This document shows positions 40,685 to 45,468 of a stretch of DNA of 45,468 nt, piece after piece. The DNA is from Tubiluchus corallicola (lineage: Eukaryota; Animalia; Priapulida). The first letter of the stretch is position 1, and each line of letters starts with the position of its first letter. The DNA lies in contig JAQGDQ010002427.1 in assembly GCA_030141605.1 (NCBI GenBank), positions 1 to 45,468 on the forward strand, given 5' to 3'. The notes under the pieces were generated by a model. That model was given only the letters and a program-made list of their open reading frames with translations. It searched no databases and was not told the DNA's origin. The position numbers were made by a program, and so were the translations under genes.

Positions 40685-41026
40685 ATGCAGACATGTGATG
40701 AAAAGCGTGCTGCTTGGGGGGATACTAGAAAAATTGAATTTAGAGAAAAGTGGAGGAGATTTAGGAGAGAACAATGCAAGTACAATACTGAAGAATCTTT
40801 AAAATTAGAGCAGAGAATAAAAAAAACACAAGACATAATGTTATTAGAAAGTATAGATGAAGATTTAAATACGCAAAATCAAGTAATATTAAATCTAATT
40901 GCAGAAATTGAAAATAAAAACATAGGGCTTAAATTAGAAGAAGAAATTTTAAAATACATAAATAATCTTAAAAGTAGATTTTATGATTTAGGTTATCAGA
41001 AAAGAAAAATTGAAGAAATGTTCTAA
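40685..41026 (+). CDS. Hypothetical helical protein divergent from the XRE gene
   Basis: AAGGAGG RBS; 113-aa ORF. Confidence 0.7.
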   Translation: MQTCDEKRAAWGDTRKIEFREKWRRFRREQCKYNTEESLKLEQRIKKTQDIMLLESIDEDLNTQNQVILNLIAEIENKNIGLKLEEEILKYINNLKSRFYDLGYQKRKIEEMF

Positions 41027-41040
41027 AAAAATAATTAAAA

Positions 41041-41235
41041 GCACATATTTGTGTGCAACAGGTGTGCAACAAAACAGACTTTAACGCTGTAAACAAAGAA
41101 CAAAAAAAGATCAAAAAGATAATAGTAAGATCATATATAGAACCCACAAACCAAGTGTTTGCTGGGTTTTGTTTTTTTTTGATTTCTTCAAAATAGCTTA
41201 CAATTATCATTATAGGACACAGTAAGGCAAAAAAA
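41041..41235. mobile_element. att-like site, copy 2
   Basis: Same as 34318-34520 with small indels. Confidence 0.55.
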
Positions 41236-41410
41236 CTAAATTAAATCAATTGCTTTTCATAGTTCAGATTCTATCAGTATCAATTCTCCAATTTGCAGAC
41301 TAAAATAGATCAAATTAATATTGTATCAATAAAATCCATTCGTTCAACATTTTTCCAAAGCTTTTCAATTTTTAATTCTATAAATGCCTGTCTTTTGTTA
41401 CTTACTTCGG
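41236..41410 (-). pseudogene. Tyrosine integrase remnant, copy 2
   Basis: KRQAFIELKIEKLWKNVERMDFIDTILI/IYFSLQIGELI...KAIDLI*. Confidence 0.65.
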
Positions 41411-42225
41411 ACACAGTAAGTTCGCAAATGCTCTATTTACATTAAAAAATAAGCAAGTTAGTAGATAGTTGAATTTTCAGTTAGAACTGATGAAATGAAT
41501 TTAAAATAATTTGATACTACTTCTTTTGATAAATATTTGAATATAGCTTCTGCAAATCTTTTTCCAATTTAATTGTTTCAATTCCACAAATTTTAACAAG
41601 TTTAGCTAGAGGAACGACTTTCTCAACTGTGTTTTGTAGTTCAGTATTTGATGCAATTCTAAAAGATGTCATAAGCTTCAGCTCCTTTAATTTACTTATA
41701 CGCTTGGTAGCTCGAAGCAAAGCGAATTAGATTTAGGATGAGAAAATGAAACTTACTAAAACAGAGTTTTAAAAAATAAAAAAAGAGAAACTACAGATAA
41801 AGAAAATTTTGAAATGTTATCCTTTAGAATGCTATAATGTTATAACTATAGAATAAATATTACTATTTAAATAAAGGAATCGAAATGATAGCAAGAGTAG
41901 ATAAAACATGAAACAACATGGGTTCTATTTAATATAAGAAGAAATCTGTATCTTATAATTTGACAACAAACATAATTAGTATTTTATATGCAAGTGAAAC
42001 TAATGTATTGAATACAGCTTTATTTAGACCAGCTAAGAGCGACGAGATAAAAAGTTTAAATAAGACTGGAAATATTGGAGATTATGCAAATTTGGAGCCC
42101 CTGAATTTGAAATATAAAAAAGTAGGAACGAATCATTTTTATTATTTCCAGATCCATCGATTTAACTTTAATAATTTGTCAAATTAATGGTTTATTGATT
42201 GAAAATAAAAACTGGAGGTTACATT

Positions 42226-43800
42226 ATGTCAAGTGCAGCACAGCGTGCCAAGTTACAAGCTCAAATATGGAAGATAGCAAACGATGTAAGAGGTTCTATA
42301 GATGGCTGGGACTTTAAACAATATGTTTTAGGAACTCTTTTCTATCGTTTTATTAGTGAAAATTTTACTACTTATATCGAAGGTGGGGACGAAAGTGTAA
42401 ATTATGCAGAAATAAAAGATGATATTATTACAGCAGAAATAAAAGATGATGCAGTTAAAACAAAAGGTTATTTCATATATCCTAGCCAACTATTTATAAA
42501 TATAGAACAAACCGCTAATACAAATGAGAGTTTAAATACAGACTTAGCTTCTATATTTTCAGCTATTGAAAGTTCTGCAAATGGTTATTCATCTGAATCT
42601 GATATAAAAGGACTTTTTGCAGATTTCGATACAACAAGTAATAGATTAGGAAATACAGTTAAAGATAAAAATACTCGTTTAGCTGCAGTGATTAAAGGTG
42701 TTGCAGGACTTGATTTTGGTGACTTTGAGGACAATCACATTGATCTTTTCGGTGATGCTTACGAATTTTTAATTTCAAATTATGCAGCTAATGCTGGTAA
42801 ATCAGGTGGAGAATTCTTCACACCTCAATGTGTGTCTAAACTTATTGCAAAATTAGCAACACTTAATCAAGATAAAATTAATAAAATTTATGACCCTGCT
42901 GCTGGTTCAGGTTCATTATTATTACAAGCAAAAAAACAATTTGATGACCATATTATACAAGATGGTTTTTATGGTCAAGAGATTAACCATACTACTTATA
43001 ACCTTGCTCGTATGAATATGTTTTTACACAATATAAATTATGATAAATTTAATATTGTATTAGGAAATACTCTTACAAATCCTCACTTTTTGGATGAAAA
43101 GCCTTTTGATGCCATTGTTTCCAATCCACCTTATTCAGTAAATTGGATTGGAAAAGATGACCCGACACTTATAAATGATGACCGTTTCGCTCCTGCTGGA
43201 GTATTGGCCCCAAAATCAAAAGCTGACTTTGCCTTTGTACTTCATGCCTTGCATTATCTTTCAAGTAAGGGAAGAGCTGCTATAGTTTGTTTCCCTGGTA
43301 TTTTCTATCGTGGAGGAGCAGAGAAAAAAATTAGACAATATCTAATAGATAATAACTTTGTAGAAACTGTAATTTCACTAGCACCAAATCTATTTTTTGG
43401 AACTTCAATAGCTGTTAATATAATGGTTCTTTCTAAACGTAAAACAGATGATAAAACTCAATTTATTGATGTTAGTGGTGAAGATTTCTTTAAAAAAGAA
43501 ACTAATAACAATATTTTAACAGATAGTGATAATGAAGAGGTGAAAGAACCAGGGCATATTCAGAAAATAATTGAAATATTTGATAAAAAAGAAGACATTG
43601 AACACGTTGCAAAATCTGTTGATTATGAAAAAATTAAAGAAGAAGATTATACACTTTCAGTGAGTACTTATGTAGAACCAAAAGATACTAGAGAGGTTAT
43701 AGATATAGATGAATTAAATAAAGAGATAAAAGAAACAGTAGTGAAAATAGATAAACTTCGTATTGATATAGATGCTATTATTGAGAAAATAGAGGGATAG
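42226..43800 (+). CDS. hsdM: Type I methyltransferase subunit M, copy 2
   Basis: Identical to copy 1 except three C-terminal residues (E/K, V/K, G/V). Confidence 0.96.
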   Translation: MSSAAQRAKLQAQIWKIANDVRGSIDGWDFKQYVLGTLFYRFISENFTTYIEGGDESVNYAEIKDDIITAEIKDDAVKTKGYFIYPSQLFINIEQTANTNESLNTDLASIFSAIESSANGYSSESDIKGLFADFDTTSNRLGNTVKDKNTRLAAVIKGVAGLDFGDFEDNHIDLFGDAYEFLISNYAANAGKSGGEFFTPQCVSKLIAKLATLNQDKINKIYDPAAGSGSLLLQAKKQFDDHIIQDGFYGQEINHTTYNLARMNMFLHNINYDKFNIVLGNTLTNPHFLDEKPFDAIVSNPPYSVNWIGKDDPTLINDDRFAPAGVLAPKSKADFAFVLHALHYLSSKGRAAIVCFPGIFYRGGAEKKIRQYLIDNNFVETVISLAPNLFFGTSIAVNIMVLSKRKTDDKTQFIDVSGEDFFKKETNNNILTDSDNEEVKEPGHIQKIIEIFDKKEDIEHVAKSVDYEKIKEEDYTLSVSTYVEPKDTREVIDIDELNKEIKETVVKIDKLRIDIDAIIEKIEG

Positions 43801-43832
43801 AAAAAATTGAAATGAAAAAAATAATAGCACTG

Positions 43833-43903
43833 AACCACAAAAGACACGAAGTACACGAAAAAAACAAATAAAAAAAATTCGTGCTTTTAGTGTTTTCGTG
43901 GTT
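43833..43903. repeat. Hairpin repeat type A upstream of hsdS2
   Basis: Variant of 37112-37183. Confidence 0.85.
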
Positions 43904-43923
43904 AATACAAAGGAGACTAAATT

Positions 43924-45098
43924 ATGATTGAGCAGAATTTTATGGATAGATTGCTTGATGGGGTTGAGGTTGAGTGGAAACGTTTGGGAGAAGTTGCAGA
44001 TTATGAACAACCTACAAAATATTTAGTAAAATCAAAAAATTATAGTGATGATTTTGACACACCAGTTTTGACAGCTGGGAAGACTTTTATTCTTGGATAT
44101 ACAAATGAAATTGAAGGTATTTATGAGGCATCAAAATTTCCAGTAATTATTTTTGATGATTTTACAACTGCTAATAAATGGGTTGACTTTAATTTTAAAG
44201 CAAAATCATCAGCAATGAAGATGATTACATCAAAAGATGAAAAGGAAGTTTTATTAAAATATATTTACTATTGGTTAAATACGTTACCAAGTGAATTAAT
44301 TGAAGGAGACCATAAACGTCAATGGATTAGAAATTTTTCAAATAAATCAATCCCAATCCCCCCTCTACACGTCCAAACTGAAATCGTCCGTATCCTAGAC
44401 GCTTTCACAGAGTTAACAACAGAGCTAACAACAGAGCTAACAACAGAGCTAACAGCTCGTAATAAGCAATATGAGTATTATCGTGATAAGTTGCTGAGCT
44501 TTGAGGAAGGGGAAGTTGAGTGGAAACGTTTGGGGGAGATGCTAGAATAAATGACGGGACACATAGTACTCCCAAATATGCAGCATCGGGCATACCATTT
44601 GTAAGTGTACAGAATATTAAAGACTTATATAAAACTGAAAAATATATTTCAGAAGATGATTTTAATAAATACAAGATAAAACCACAAAAAGATGATTTGT
44701 TTATGACAAGAATTGGTGATATTGGTACGTGTGCTTTGGTTTTAAATAATGAGCCATTAGCTTATTATGTTACTTTAGTACACAAAAGACAATCAAACAA
44801 CAATACTTTCCAAATATCTCAAATATGTTATTGAAAGCAGTATTAGAAAATCTGAATTAATAGAAGAACACTTATTAATGCTGTACCTATAAAAATTAAT
44901 TTAGGAGATATAGGCAAAATTAAAATCCCGATCCCGCCACTAGAACAACAAGAACGAATAGTATCAATATTAGATAAATTTGATGCCTTAACTACCTCAA
45001 TTTCTGATGGTTTACCTCGTGAAATAGAGTTACGTAATAAACAATATGAGTATTATAGAGATATGTTGCTTAGTTTTCCAAAAGAGGAAAAAAATTAA
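43924..45098 (+). pseudogene. hsdS: Type IC hsdS copy 2, frameshifted (near 44540, 44780, 44860); same TRD1 as copy 1, different TRD2
   Basis: Frames join as ...WKRLGE/ARINDGTHSTPKY.../...[19 protein letters not shown]...SFPKEEKN*. Confidence 0.88.
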
Positions 45099-45100
45099 GC

Positions 45101-45282
45101 AACCACGAAAGACCCAAAAGGCACGAAAAAAGATAAAAAGAAATTAAAAAATATTAAATGCTTTGTTCGTGTGTTTAGTGCCGTTCGTAGTAAAAAGAAA
45201 AAAAGTAATGAACCACGAAAAACACGAAGTACACGAAAAAAACAAATAAAAAAAATTCGTGCTTTTAGTGTCATTTGTGGTT
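45101..45282. repeat. Hairpin B (45101-45190) and hairpin A (45211-45282) between hsdS2 and hsdS3
   Basis: Near-identical to 38337-38427 and 37112-37183. Confidence 0.88.
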
Positions 45283-45302
45283 AATACAAAGGAGACTAAA
45301 TT

Positions 45303-45468
45303 ATGATTGAGCAGAATTTTATGGATAGATTGCTTGATGGGGTTGAGGTTGAGTGGAAACGTTTGGGAGAAGTTGCAGACTATGTTCGTGGTTTAACTTA
45401 TAGCAAAAAAAACGAAAGTAGCGATAATTTAGGGTTTAAAGTGCTTCGTGCAAATAATATAACACTAT
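45303..45468 (+). CDS. hsdS: Type IC hsdS copy 3 (partial; new TRD1)
   Basis: MIEQNFMDRLLDGVEVEWKRLGEVADYVRGLTYSKKNESSDNLGFKVLRANNITL; runs off the window. Confidence 0.88.
   Translation, partial: MIEQNFMDRLLDGVEVEWKRLGEVADYVRGLTYSKKNESSDNLGFKVLRANNITL

Noticed and set aside
37112-45282. CRISPR array or classical integron from the hairpin repeats
   Set aside because: No regular repeat-spacer period, no cas or intI gene, and no clear GTTRRRY/RYYYAAC boxes.

Overview
AT-rich bacterial DNA, probably Fusobacteriota (inferred from the GlyS, phage and integrase sequence style; not verified). From the left: att-like repeats, tRNA-Thr/tRNA-Asp and a 5'-truncated glyS, joined abruptly at ~1030 to a 5'-truncated prophage. 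The prophage (~1.0-34.5 kb) has a family B DNA polymerase, a D5-like primase-helicase with an iteron-like origin, a Kiwa (kwaA/kwaB) defence pair, a lambda-type cos/terminase/head module, a P2-like contractile tail with a -1 frameshifting chaperone, lysis genes and a stand-alone OLD-like ATPase-TOPRIM nuclease. Next come tandem ~6.7 kb units of a degenerate integrative element: att-like site, integrase remnant, type IC hsdM-hsdS without hsdR, and hsdS genes bracketed by hairpin repeats. The most interesting item is at 38.5-41.0 kb. A tandem-duplicated TPR-like protein gene overlaps an unannotated 48-aa secreted pro-peptide gene ending in ...MGENDGA. Beside them sit an XRE-like regulator, twin perfect 20-bp palindromes and a divergent ORF. 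This looks like an RRNPP/arbitrium-style peptide communication module next to an att-like site. Several 1-2 nt frameshifts may be sequencing errors.
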